In this document: positions 39,801 through 54,180 of the stretch, piece after piece | Numbering within the stretch: position 1 is the stretch's first letter | Layout of the letters: every line of letters starts with the position of its first letter | Source: Bugula neritina | Lineage: Eukaryota; Animalia; Bryozoa | Direction: 5' to 3' | Length of the DNA: 64,000 bases | Assembly (NCBI GenBank): GCA_964035545.1 | Contig: OZ037765.1 | Location: forward strand, 6,520,698 to 6,584,697 | The notes under the pieces: model-generated | The model's input: the letters and a program-made list of their open reading frames with translations, nothing else | Databases searched by the model: none | Told to the model about the DNA's origin: nothing | Made by a program: the position numbers and the translations under genes

Positions 39801-42800
39801 ATTACATAGGAAGGGCAGCACCGTGCATACTCTAGAGTGAGGATATTGCTGCACCAGAGCAAGAAAACTTAAAACAAAAATTAGCAATTATATGTCTTGT
39901 AGATGGTGGTACTTTCAAAACAACTTGTTTTTTAATTTTCATCTTAAAATTTAGCATTGCTTAAACTTTAGAATGTTATAAAACATTAATCTTGCTGGGT
40001 TGTATTATTAGCAATAACTGTAATGATATAGGCATGGGAGCATAACAAGCAATTTAAGTTGCATAAGTAAAGCAAATGAGCTGTAACATAAATTGTCAAA
40101 AAAATTAAGTGTATATTTATAAAAAATGAAAATATAACCCATTTTATTGGTGGATATTTTACTTTGCACAGCATCAACTGTCTGGATCAAGCAACACAGA
40201 GGATGTTGGATGAGAAGCTTTCTGAGTGTGTTATAACTTGGATAGAGTAAAACGGCACAACAACCAAAGAACTTACATTAATGCATTTGCACCGTATAGC
40301 ATTCAAGAAACTGGAAATCACAACACAAACGATGAAACATGCAGTTGTCCTCTCTTTCTGGGTACAGGAACATTCTAGAGCTGAGCTGTAGAGTGACAGA
40401 GATTTGGTGAGCAAGCAAAGCGTTGTGGCGGCAGAAGCTAGAAGCATCTAAGCCTAGATCTACTCACTATTTCTACTAGCTTGTCTACTAGCAGCAGCAG
40501 TAGGAGCAGGAGATGAGATATAAGTATTACGGAGTGCGTTCACCAGTTGCTGACCAACTGAGACGGGTGCATTCATTCTCTCCCCGCCAGAGTGAGTGGT
40601 AGACTGAGCTCTCAGTGGTCTAGCGTGTTGCATATAGTGCGAGTGACTGACAGGAGCTGCAGTCGAGTTTACTCTTCTATCAGACACTGTGCATGAAGAC
40701 ATAGTTTTAGCAAACTAAGCCCAAATAAACTGCATTTCCGAGCAGCAAAATCACACTGCTAAGCGGAGTTGTTCTTCCATGAGTCTGAAGAGCGCTGCTT
40801 GAGTTAATTAGTACACTACAGGTTCTACTACTTTCTACAAAGCTATTTCACCAATGAAGTAGAGAGTCAAAAATTTCAGAAAATATTTCAGTCACCAAAT
40901 TCATTCAACTCGCTGCTTCATTAGTTTAGGTAAAAATTACAGATAAAAAGAGGTGTTAAAATAATGGACAGTAAGAGAATAGTATGCCACTATCTACAGC
41001 AGCTTTCTAAATTGTGTGACTACAGAGAGGTTCTACAATTAAATAAGGCCATGCTGAAATAGTAGAGCATTGGGGGGTTCTACACCATATAGAGAGAAAG
41101 ATAGAGTTGCCACTCAACTAGTAGCTGGATGAAATGAAAAGTGAGAGATGAGAGATGGAAAAGACTTGCCCACTATACGTACTCAACATTAGCTGATTCT
41201 GTAGAACATGATTTTCGTACAAGGCTTGCTGCGGTTGATGATTGGCCAGAGGCATTAGCTGAGGCCATAGTCCCAACATGGTGGCTGTACTGCTAACATC
41301 TACAACACATGTGCAATTTAAAATCTCAAAAACTCAAGTGACACTTGAAATACGACACTTGTCCATACACTTAGGGCCGTAAGATGAAAGGTCTATTTAC
41401 ACCAGAATACTAAAGATTATGCAGTATTAAGTCAAGTATGCATGTGTTCAAACAACGTTGACTCTAAAGAATTTTGTAAGATTTTTTACCCAATGTTGAC
41501 TTTTTGCTCACAAGGCGCCAATCTTGAACTGGAGCTTAAGAAATCCAAACAAAAATATCCAGAACTGTGGATTTACCATTTTTGTTTTATTAATTGCTTT
41601 ACCTGTATTTTGTTAATATCATTCATCTAAATATCGGCACCTCAACAATTTTAGACTCCAATGAAACAGGATATGTTCCCTAGGAGACTACAGGCTCATT
41701 TCAACAGCCCGACTGTCTATAAATACTTCTACACATCATACACTTCCACAGACTACATATACCAGTCTGTGGAAGTGTATTTAAATAGTTTGCTATAATT
41801 AACATTTGGATGTGTTGATAAGTCAATTAACCTACAACTTAATTCCCACCCAAAACAGAAGAGTAAATGCCAAATTTGTTGGAAATTAGCCGATTATCAC
41901 TGCATGTTTCAGCAGCAGCATTTATCTGCACCAACTGAAGGCATTTCAGTTAGACTCTACTTTCACTACTCCCAAACACAGAGGCCAGGCAGCCAGCTGT
42001 GTTTTGCTATAATTAACTGGTTCAAAAACTTTGCACATAAATAAAACTAAATAATGGCTGTGAGTTGGGAAGAGTCATGTGACCTACCTGGCCGAGGTTG
42101 CTGCTGAGCCATTACCTCCTTAGGCTGTGCTTTCTTACATTCTACCTGAAATATGAACATGGCATTAGTCAGTGGCACCCTGGTTACTAGGGTAGGACTT
42201 CTCAGTCTCATGATTAAAAAAACTTTCGTAGCCTGATTATTGCTGCAAGTTGAGACTTAATTTTGAGTGGCGCCAAAATGAATGTCTAGTTTTTGCCAGA
42301 CGCTGGGGATAAAAAGCTAGGATAGTTAAATTTTATAGATTATACATGAGGGGAGTTTACATTTAGACACACACAACCCAATAGTACTATAATCATTAAG
42401 GTAACCGAACACTTTGTCAATATTAACTTTACAGATTTTATCACAAATAGAACATCAATGACAGTTGAGTCAAACACCCATACAGCTAAAGTAGTTTATT
42501 GGGCTGTGGGTTCTGTTACACCATGTTGACTCATATTAGACCAAAAGGTGCTGAAATTTAATTTTTGTTGATGAAATGACTCCTGATCACTAAAAATTTG
42601 TGAGCTTTACTTTACTTTAGAGAAAGAAATCACAAAAATAACGCCTACATAAAAATACCTATCACAAAAAGACCCTCTTACATATTTAGACTCGAAACAA
42701 AAAGCTGATTTCAGTTCCTCTAAAAACAGGTTGGGCAAATATTGGCTTTCTTTGTCATATCACGAAGTACAGCGTCAGCTAATTTTATCATAGTTCGAAC

Positions 42801-45800
42801 AGTTGCCGTAATTGCATTATTGACTATAGAATAAAAAGAGATTTAATTTTGTGTTAGATAAAGGAGTAATGAGATGGGCAGCATTATGTCCACTAATTGA
42901 ATCAGATGAAGTGAGGTCTAACTACAACCCAATAGCCAATAACTATGGTTTTACTTATTAGCTGACAAGTATCGATGTTCTTGGCAGTTCTTATAGCCGC
43001 CAGGCATGCAGCATCTTAAGTATCATTCACATCTAAAATAAGAGCTAATAAGCATCTTTCTTCTAGCTCTAACTTACTAAACCACCAACTAGAGTCCATT
43101 ATTTCCTACCGGGTGAAGAATATCCACTATCTCTCAGCTCACAGCAAAATACTTAAATTTAAGCACAGTTCACTTTGTCTCAGTAACCAAATTAAATACC
43201 AAGTGGGGACAACTGCAGATCGGCTTTTGTTTATAGACAAACCACTGACAACAACCCCACACCCTTAGCATCACTACTTCAACTAGTAAGATGTGTGCAT
43301 ATCAACTGTACTAAGTTAGCCGTTGGTAGGGCATACTTGAGGACAGCTGTTACTGAAGACCAATAACATCTAACAACGTAAACCTGTTACCAGCACAAGT
43401 ACATTACTAAATACACTGTTGTTAGAGACTAGCGTACAATACATAGACAGGTCCCTGCAATACTTACAACTTTGTCATTTATTTCATGGAAATGGATTTC
43501 GACTACTTTATCTACTGTGTCAGCTTCTTCAAAAGTGACAAATCCAAACCCTGAAAATAATATAAATTTAATAAATACACCACAACATAACTTTATGTAA
43601 CTCCAGTCTCGCTATAGAAGCCACAACATGAAATATTCATAAGTAAATACAACAAACAATGGTTTTTATGTTTCTAATTACTAATGAATAGTAATTTGAT
43701 GCATATGATACTGAAATTACTGTGACAAGATATTTTTACATGATGAGTTTTCATGGGTCATATGGTAATAGTAAAGTTTGTAGCAAATTATCAATAGTGT
43801 GGTCTTATTTTTCAACAGCAACAGCATAGCTGATGGGCCCAAAATTGTCCGTATAGCACTCAATTTTTCAAGATGAAGGATATTTAATTTGTTTGGTTTT
43901 TTTTCTTTTTATTACACTATTTTAGATTTTAGCTTTCATCCTGATGCTTTCTAGTTTTTATGCACCCTAGTTTTTGCTAGCACTACTTTACAGAAATGAC
44001 TGAAGCTAGTGTTAGGAAATATACTAGTAGTTGCAGTCATATATCAACATTTACACGTAGGTGATAGACGAAGGATTATAAGACAGTAATCAGTCTCGTC
44101 TTGTGAAGATGCAGGTGATAGTCAATTGTCTGCATGTCACAGACACACATTGGTTTCACAGTTAACAAAGAGAGATTTATGATTTTAAATTTGGCCATGG
44201 TGTAACATTTCACCGTAAAATATAATCAAATGAATTCATACTCAGTCGATGTGTACAGTGTGAAAGTTGACTGTGCACGGCTAGCATTCATGCTATTGTG
44301 CAGCTTCAATTTAAAGTGGATGTGTTGAGGTTTCTAATGAATACCCTTTTGAGGAGGATTTTCTGAATCAACGCGATATTGCAACAGACTATCAGTTGCA
44401 GACGAATGCCTATCTACTGTCAGCCGTGCAACATCCCTGTGCAGAGTTTCCGAGTACTAGACTCGAGGTAGATACTTTCCCTGCAGGAGAGTGCCTGTGG
44501 GACTCTGCAGTGTTGAGCTGATGCATTAACCTCCAAAACTCTATCGGGCATGTAATTAGTTGAGTGTAATTACCATGATTATGTGAGAAATCACAGAAGC
44601 AATTTACCAGCAGTAATTATCTGAGAGAAACCTGCCTTCTCTTTCATGTGGAGAAAGGCAGGGTGATGGCTTAATGCACAGGCTACAGGATAAACTTTGT
44701 ACATTTTTTCAGCATTTTCTGCCCAAAATAAACACAAGTAACATTGTTCTTTGTCAACTCGGCTATAGCCATAAAAGCGATTTTTTAGGTAGAGCCATGA
44801 GAGAATTGCAGCTATGTAAACAAGCGCATAGTAAAACAAACCATCAGATATGTCAAGTGTGCTGCACCAGCAGTTAAACTTTAATTTCACTGAGGAATTG
44901 TGCATCAACCCAGCTAGAGTAAGACTGTTCAAGTTTAGACAAATTAGCAAGCAAATGTCACCTGCAGAGCTCTTTAATGCAGCAAGATAAAAACTGTGGT
45001 TCAATTTACAAGCTATTAACAGTGACATGATATCGTATGGCAACAGCAAATAATATCACAATTATAATTATTTTGCTGTCAACCATTATTCATCTTTATG
45101 TAAATAATAACCAAACTATTATTGTCTCTATATAAATAGAGAAATAGACTGCCATTGATCGGTATGAGTATGTCATCACCAGCGTCCATTATCATATAAT
45201 AAAATGATCTTGGAGTCATTGGTAATAAAACAAGTATTACATCTATGTACAATAAAACAGTAATTACAGACTGTTGGCCTACTTGACAATGCCTCCATAC
45301 CTAGCCTTCAGCTAACGAGAGCTTGATGAGCCTTTCCTATAAGGTGAGGTATTAAAGCCATCAAGTACTCTATGCCAGTGTCAACATCACAAAAAAATTA
45401 TGTCAACATAACAGTATTTCTCAATAAGGATGCGATTGTTGGGTGGACTGTTGAGTTCTAAATACAGAGATGATGATGTTAGTTTAAGCTGAGCTACTTG
45501 TGTACTTGTGCAGCTGTGGAAGATAGGACAAATGTTAGGTAATACCCAGCTAAAAGATGTTAAATCCTATGATAAATTAATGAGCTAACCCCATTGATTA
45601 TTATTTAATGATGTATGCTCTTATCTTCCATATATATTATCTTACTACAGCGCTTGTCCAGTAAGTACTGTTATTAATTTGAAACACGATCTTTTCACGA
45701 AATGGTATAAATTTTATGCAATGGCAGAAATGAGGCTCAGTGATCAAAGTCTTAAACTGGCCAGTTGAGTGAAATTATTTGCATAGAAAATTCAATTAGT

Positions 45801-48800
45801 TTGCTGTTGTTTTTGCTCAATGACTTGACACACTGAATTGAGCTAACCATGCTGGGCCATTCAATCAATGATTGGTAGTTATTCTTTGTTATAAAAAGTT
45901 ATGACACTATTGGGAAGCTATAATGTATACAGCTATACCCATGCTTTTCATTGTTATTCCATTATACCATAGAAACTTCTAAAATAACATTTCAGTATCT
46001 CACAGGTCCCACCAAGTTTACATTCATTTGTAACAAGAACTCGCCAAACATTTCCATGCATGTAATTCAATACAAGCCTCTATAAAACAAAGATAACTTT
46101 GTTTTATCTAAAGATGCATACTTTCATATATATAATGTAAACAGAGTGGAGGTCTGCTCTACCTTTTGCTTCACAAAAGAACTTTCAATCAGATATTCTT
46201 CAAAGACCCTTAGCATTCGAGAAGAAGATTGAGTTTAGTATAACAGCCAGCTTTTATCAGTTAAAGTGTCAATTTTTTAAAATTACATTTGGCTTCAGCC
46301 AAGTTTCACTTGAAAATTTCTCACAAGTGTGAGATGATTGACCAAGATTTAGTTATGACTTCACTCTGAGGTGAATACTAGTTTCGATGAGCTAATGTAA
46401 GAAGGTTAAAGTATTTGGGTGTTACTAGCGTACTTCATCATTACTCAGCGCCTTACTATTTCATACCCTCATTAGATTGTTATAAAACACAGAGCTGACA
46501 GTATTAAAAAGACTGGAGTAGTAGGCATTACCTCTGTGTCGCTGTGTCTGTTTATCATACATCAACTGTGTTTCTTCAACCTGCAACACAAACAGAAACT
46601 ATAGCATAGGAAAACATAGCAAACAGCAGTTACACCATAGCCAGAGCCTGTGACCAACTATGGGTGTCTGTAATGCTATAACTGCGCTACTTATCATCAC
46701 AGGACACTACTACTACCACCATTATACAAGATGTTGTTACAGGTCATTTCCTATTATAAAATGAAACCATAATATTTCCTCACAAGTCAGGTGTAGCTGA
46801 TTGAGGAACTGTGGACACTTAGACGGAAACCTTACTATATTAACTAAAATTGATCCAACAAATTGAAGGGTAATAGAAATTATACAAGATTGAGGCAAAT
46901 TGTTTCCCAAGAAAATATTCTTAACTCATGAGCAAACTTGTTGAAAACTACATGCGATTTACTATTACATATTCAACAACCAGAACATGCTACTAAATAA
47001 TTAGCTTTTGTAATACCAGGTCTGCATGATTTCAATGCCCTCCATAGTTGTCAAAACAATGTCAAACTCTGCAGATAAATGAGATAGCATTGTGAGTAAG
47101 ATGTGAAGGCAGGCAGTCTTTATGCTGGTATCAAAAGAGAGGGAGACAGGTGATCATAAGTGTTGCATATAGTTAAATACACTGGTGTATTTACTACATG
47201 ATTCCAACTGAGGGTGCAATAGAGAAGATGAAGCACAACTACACAGACAGACCAGCCATGATAAACCTTGAAGGTGATTTGGTCGAATTGATATCAAGAT
47301 TTTAAGAAAGCAAACTATGCCGCATAGAAAGTGGTGATAAATAAAGAGCAAACAATGCAGCAGGAGCTAACAAAAATGAGATTGATCAGTTTTTGACTGT
47401 TCAAACAGAATAAAATTGATTGGTTACTAAGAGGATTACCAGCCGGCATTCTAAGGGGCAGCAGATCAATAAAGCCTGGTTATGTCATGTTTAAAATTAG
47501 CACCACCAAACAATACAGTCTAATTACAGCAAACTATACATTTATCTATCAACTGGTGTTTTAGCCACTGCCACACTCCAAATTAAAGCATGAGCCAAAT
47601 TAGTTGGAGAGATGAGGAAATATGGAAATAACATAGGAAGGTAGTTGAAATAACCAGCCTTTCTGTCTCATGCCATAGGCGAGGTGTGTGTTGTATAAGG
47701 ATACGTCATAGCGCAGGTATTGCGCTAAACTATTTTCACCTGCTTCTGCCACAACTGCACTACTACTTGAAGCAGAACTAGCACTGACAACAAAGTTTAC
47801 TAAATTTTGGCTTTTCAACTAGTGCACGCTACTACGCAGAGCACAGCATGTGGGTGCCTTCATAACTCGCAGGGTGTTCCGACAATGACTGGCTTTCAGA
47901 AAAGTTAACCAGCCATCCCTTTTGCTCACAGCTACTCCACTTTAGCTATATCTAACATAGTAAATGGCAAGAGTTGCAGTGTACAGACATGTAGCTTGCA
48001 CAGCTGTGGCCCGAGTTATCACGCTATGAGCCAATTACAAGCCGGCTGACATAACCGTAGTCCCCATCTACTCAACCAACTGCACAAGGTGGTAGATGGG
48101 GAGGGCACAGCAAAGCCCCTCAACATGTAAGATGCATCTACTAGCCACACACGCTATATACAAATTCGATAATTTAAAGCCAAAGTAAATTTGCAGAATA
48201 AGAAGAAAATTCAATAAAGCAAACACTAATTGTAGCTAGAAGCAAACACAATCAACAACTGGCCATATATGATAATCGGCCTGACATCAAATACTGTAAA
48301 ATTTCAAACCACTAGAAAGTTAGCATCAACAGAGCAATTTGGGTGATAAGTTACTTGAAGACGGAGATAAGGTGAAGTGGTTAATATTTACAGAGAGGGC
48401 ACACAGGCATGTCAATAAGCGTGTTGAGAAAAAGAGCTCCAAAATGAATGACCAAACAAAGATGGAGAAGTGAAATCATTCTGATGAATAGAGAGTTGCA
48501 AAGGTAAAAGCAGTTGAACTCTAGGCAAGATTAGATATTCAATTTAAATAATCACTAAATTAAATTTACATCTCATTGTTATACCTTGCCAAAGGTCTCG
48601 AAATAACTCTGTAGATCTTCTTCCTTGGTGTCCGAAGCTAGACCTCCAACAAAGATTTTCTTCGTTTTTGTTATAGGACCCTTTAAAAATACATAAGCCC
48701 TAGTTACATTCAAATGCTCATATTACAGTTGGATGCAATAGAGAAAATTGTTGTGGGAACTGTTTTACAAGGTAATGAGAAGGATCAATTCACTTAGATT

Positions 48801-51800
48801 TACGACATTATAAATTTGTAATACTGCCAACTGGCAGGTTTGAATTCAATGGCCCTTCATTCTCTATGACAATGGTTGTTTGCAACAGGGCTCCAATGAA
48901 TTTTTTGTGTAAACATAAAATAATTGACTTGTTCATAGAGGGGTAAACAATTCAGCATTAAAGGCAATGTTATCTCAATCGTCATGTGCCTGTAGATCTT
49001 ATAATTGTGAAGCAGGTCTTTGCTCCGAGAATACAAAGGCATTCATTCAGAATAAAAACATATATCCCAGGTTTGGCTAAAAAGAAACTAAGCATTATAA
49101 TAGTGAACAAATAAAGCTCACAATGGCCCATCTCAACACTGTAGCAATGATTCTTCTTTATCTTTAGAAGAACAGTATTTCTATAGTGCTTTCTTTAATA
49201 GCATGAGTGAATAGGTCAATGTTGTAATACTAGTGTTGTTATTTGATCAAATTGCAGTCTTTAGTTGCAGGGCATGAAAAGAATTGATTGAAATTAATTT
49301 CTAATATAAAGTTTACCACATCTAGTGATAAAGCTAATTTTCATTATTAACCACCTGAATGCTGTTTGAAGATATATAAGCTCATATTTGCATTTCTTAA
49401 AATGATAAATCTTATATATACATGCTGAATATTTGCAGGTAATACACCAAAATGATATCTAATATGTGTTATAGTGATATCATATACCATATAGAGGTAT
49501 ACATCACTACGTACTCATATATAATATTATATGATGACATGTACTATAAATATGTCACTTACGTTCAGAACCTATTTTTAAGTACATATTTTATTCTAAA
49601 TTGTTCCAAGTTCATGCTGACGCATTATATTTTAGTGCACCATTCGTGAGTAACGCACACACTACATAGTAGAACCAACTCTACATCTGCATAGTAATGG
49701 TTATTTACAACAACTTCTGTCACAACCAACCACAAAATAACTTCCAAGGTATTAAATTCCCTTTTCCTACCACGTATTCACAAGTATGCAGTGCAGGTTG
49801 AAATGAAGATTTGTACAGCTGTTTACTGCATTAGGTGACCCCTGTGGGCTGTTCAATCAATCAACTACATCAACCTCTCACACGCAGGTCTGCTGAATAC
49901 AAACCATATACAATGTAGTCTATCAAATGTTCACACAGTAACTCTCAGCTGACTACTCACCTTGGTTTTCTTTGGTACTGCTACTTTAGGATCAACCTGT
50001 AAACACAACAATTTAGTAGGGATGGACATCAACTTTACTAACTCAGCAAGTCCGGGTAACACAGCACACACTGTGTACACCTGACACGCACATTCTCAAC
50101 AATAATTACCTAAATATAACACTTTATTTATAATTTATATTGACAAAGGCTATCAATTTGGTTATAGAGTAGCGTGCTGGCAGATCACAATGCTACTTGT
50201 AGCTCTGCTCATACCATTTAGTACATATTCTACTAGCCAGGCAAGTTCAACCAAACTCGGCACAACTAACACCCAGCACCAAGTAGTAACACTGCATACT
50301 GGCATCTCGGCATATTACAAACAGCAGCTTCAGTGTCAGCAGCAGCACTCATTAGAGTGAACAACTGACACGAGAAAGTGATACGCTGTAGTAGAGTGAG
50401 GGTGTAGTATATTAGACTATATCTAGAGATCAATGTGAGTAATCTACTCTAAACACAACGTCTACTAAAAGTACGGAGAGAGTAAGTATGCAGTAAGTAA
50501 TAGTAAGTGTGAAACACTACTGAGACTAAAGATCTACTCAACCTTTTTCTCATCTATCACATGTGTTGGACTACTGAGTACTTTATCTACGCTCTGAGGA
50601 TCCGCAAACTTAACGAAGCCAAAGCCCCTACAAGTAATACAAGAGTGCAGTGGGTAACTCCAGTACACCAATCGCTGTTTACTGTAGAGTGTGGCTAGGC
50701 CTTCGGTCTGCGACTTTCTACACCCAAGCGCTGCTAGTTCCAGCCATGAGGCACTACACTAAATCATTCTTAGTAGTGAAAAGTATTACATCAAGATAGA
50801 GCTATAGGAATATGATACTGTCATTCCAACTAGAGCATTGCAATAGCCTACCTAGCACACTGCATGCCAACTGTCCCCATACATCATCTACATGCAAGGA
50901 GCACAGCTGTTGATTAACTATCAATTTCCTTTATCCCAATATGACAGCATATGAAACAGGCACAACTTTGTGCATCCTTTTGCATTAGAAGATGAAGACA
51001 GTTGACTGCTTGTGATAAAATAATCTACACGAGTAAACAGAAAGCAGTTCACAACAAAATATAAAAAAGTTAATCATAGTTGATTAAATAATTTCAAATT
51101 AGTTTCACTACTGCTTCACATTGACATTTCCCAGCTAGCCTTCCGCGTGACAATAGTTTATCTATTGCAAGGGTACTAACAGGAATAGAAAGATAAAATA
51201 TCTACAGGTTTAGTAATAGGGCTAATTTTATACAGGTAGGTAGGCCTGCAGCAATTGCTGGGCTATGCAGTGTACTGAACAGAAATACTCATGCTGTTGG
51301 AGAAATGACAAATAGACTTGAGCTGTAAACACATATGAAAGCAATTTCTTCTAAGTAAAGTTAGCTTACGCTACTGATGCGAGTGAACTAACCAAATAAA
51401 ATAATCAAATTGTTAATGAAATGTTATAAACTAGTATCAACTACTGACAGCAGCCTATTAGATTACTGTTGCTTGTAAAAGCTAGCAGCTAACAACTAAA
51501 CACCTGCGGCTAACTTTTACCTACCTGGACCTCTTAGTTATTGGATCTTTCATAACTATTGAATCAGCCACTTCGCCATACAAACCAAAATATTCTTTTA
51601 ATTTTTCTACAAATTTACACAACAGTAAAAGTTAATTAGGAGGTTTATGCTAGTAGCAATCATCTATGAACATAGAGTTATCATATCTCCCAGACACAAA
51701 ACACACTTTACAGATTTTGTACTGCTAAGAATGTCTACGAGATTAATACTTGACTCACTATCAATGTTTACCTATTGGATTGATAAGTTTTAGTGGGCTT

Positions 51801-53888
51801 TCACCATTCAACATAGGCTGAGAGAGAAACTGGTATAGCTTATAGAGATTACACTGGCAGTTACTAGTATATCTCACTACGCAGACTAAGGTGTAGGCCT
51901 GTAACCTTTGACTAAGAATGACTATACAAACTAAATTCTCCGCCACCAGTATTAGTTTACAATAGTTTACAAACTTAAATAAATATCTCACCTGGGGTAG
52001 TTTGCCAGCTCAGTCCACCAACAAACATTTTCCTAAAAATAAATGGACATCTAATTACCATATTCTGGAGCATTATACAATACAATAATAGATGAAGAAT
52101 AATAAATAAGTAAACAAATTTTATTAAATAGAGTTTAAAAATAATTTAGTTATGAATAATGGCCACCTAAATACTATTTTCATATTGATTTTTTCTAAGA
52201 GTTAGAGCAGTACTATAGTAAATATGTATAACACATTGTTTACTCTAATAGCTGGTTCCCAGTTAAACAAAAGCCTTAGATCTCAAGTCTTGGGACTGTT
52301 GAGATAAATTACACACCAGGTGTTTTTTTTATGTAAAACACAACTCTTGGACATTTAAAACTGCCTTCTAGGTACTATGATCATTCAAAGCTATTTTTGT
52401 TTTTTTTTCACAGAAAAATCTAGCTCAGATAATCAAGGCTATTTTTTAAGATTTTCGCCACAGATTACACCCAATTTAAACTCGGAACTTTGAATTAAAT
52501 AGCAACGAAGCTTCAACTATAGTTTATTTATTACTAAAAAGGAAAGCATTCAACTTGCCATGGGAAGACACTGCTTAAAATAGAGTGGGAAGAAAATATG
52601 CCAAAACTACAGTTGAAACTAAAATAGCAACATATCTTCAACACCAGCATATTTTTATCGTCCATAGATATAGTAAAATGAAAGCTCTCATAGGTCTCAC
52701 AGTTATACAAAAAGTTTTAAACTTGTGCATCTTCAAACAGTGGCAGAGGTTGCTTCATCTTTGATCAGCAGAAATAAACATGCGTATTGCAAAATAGGTT
52801 AAGCTTATAAATTACAAGCAAGTGTTAAAAAATTCAATCCAGAATTCTAAATTGTATTATTACAAGAAAATTCGAACAAAAGAATGAAGACAGACTAAGA
52901 GAATCATCAATAATCTAGAATTAACTCTCAAAATGCTTTTACATACGACTAAACCATAAATAGCTTTGCTGGTGTTTTCATAAAAATATAGAACATTCTG
53001 CAATGCTAGAATATGGTGCATTAGTTTTTGAAAGTAAATACAAAAAAGCAATTGATGGAAAATTTGAAACTTGACAATGATAGCTACAAAGTTGGCAATT
53101 ACAATAAAAAGAATAATTATGTAACAGAAGAATTTTGTTTTTGAACCACTATGTTAGTGAAATAAATACGAAAAAATAAATTTGTTTTCATAGTATGACA
53201 ACTGCTTTTAATAAATTTTATGATTATAAAAATTATTGCGATTATAAATGTGATTATCAAGATCATAATCATTACGTATTTTAGCAAACTATATCAAATC
53301 CAACTATATTTAAGCATTTTCAGCGATATCAAGTTCCAACAATTTAAATAAAATCATAATCATAATGTCAATGATGTTCATATTGGCAATAATGGCAGTG
53401 ACAGCAAAAACCTAACATTGAATTTGAATAAGAATTAATTAGCTTTTCAGGTAATAGCGCCACTTGCCCTTAGGGATGCAGACTAACAGTAACAAGTATA
53501 ACCATGACTTATAAATAACTCTTAACTGATCCAAGCTGAAATGCAATTTGTTTTATTTAAAATTAAATACTAACGTTTAAACTTTAAAGATTACCATCAT
53601 CATGACTAATGGTAGTACTACTACTACTTAACTACTAGTACTAGTAGTAGAACTAATAGAAAAGTCATTAAATATTATCTCGATTAATTTCACACTATTT
53701 TCGCACGATTATAAATATAAACGATTACTATTACTATTAGTATTAGTAATGGTGTTTGTCATAAAAATCAGTTACACTTACAGTTGAAAATCGTCAAGTT
53801 TTTTTTAGTCTTACCCAGGGTCATTTGAATCTTCTAAACTTTCCACAACATTATTGTTATTATTTGGTTGTGATTCAATCATCTTCAT
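36899..53888 (-). CDS. MSI: Musashi-family RNA-binding protein (2 RRMs plus low-complexity C terminus), about 13-14 coding exons
   Basis: Exons: ...SNDPG (53888-53815), [13 protein letters not shown] (52032-51992), [57 protein letters not shown]...[24 protein letters not shown], then Ala/Pro/Gln-rich exons (41.2, 39.3-39.6, 38.35-38.55 kb) and terminal [14 protein letters not shown]. Confidence 0.93.
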
Positions 53889-53969
53889 AGTTGTAGGAAT
53901 AAAATATCTACTAGAACTAAAATGCTAACTAAAGTGAACTTTCAACAAGAAAATCTACTAAGAAACTGA

Positions 53970-54180
53970 AAATTGCACGTGGATTCACCAGCAACATTTT
54001 GTCCACTCCGATATGTTGTGGGCGGTATCTAAGGGTATTGCTAACAGCCAATCATCTGTGAGCCTATTTTCAAAACAATAAACCTTAGTGGTTGATTTTA
54101 CTTACGAACCTGTCAATCACCTGTTGTAAATAAACGCTCAGGCATATCCTACAGCCAACAGAAGAAGGCCTTACAATAGC
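53970..54180 (-). promoter_or_regulatory. Probable Musashi proximal promoter
   Basis: CACGTG (53976), GGGCGG (54020) and AGCCAATCA (54047) cluster within 300 bp upstream of the start codon. Confidence 0.45.

Noticed and set aside
43600-48500. Several 65-152-aa ORFs in large Musashi introns
   Set aside because: No recognisable domains; the RRM exons join in frame without them.
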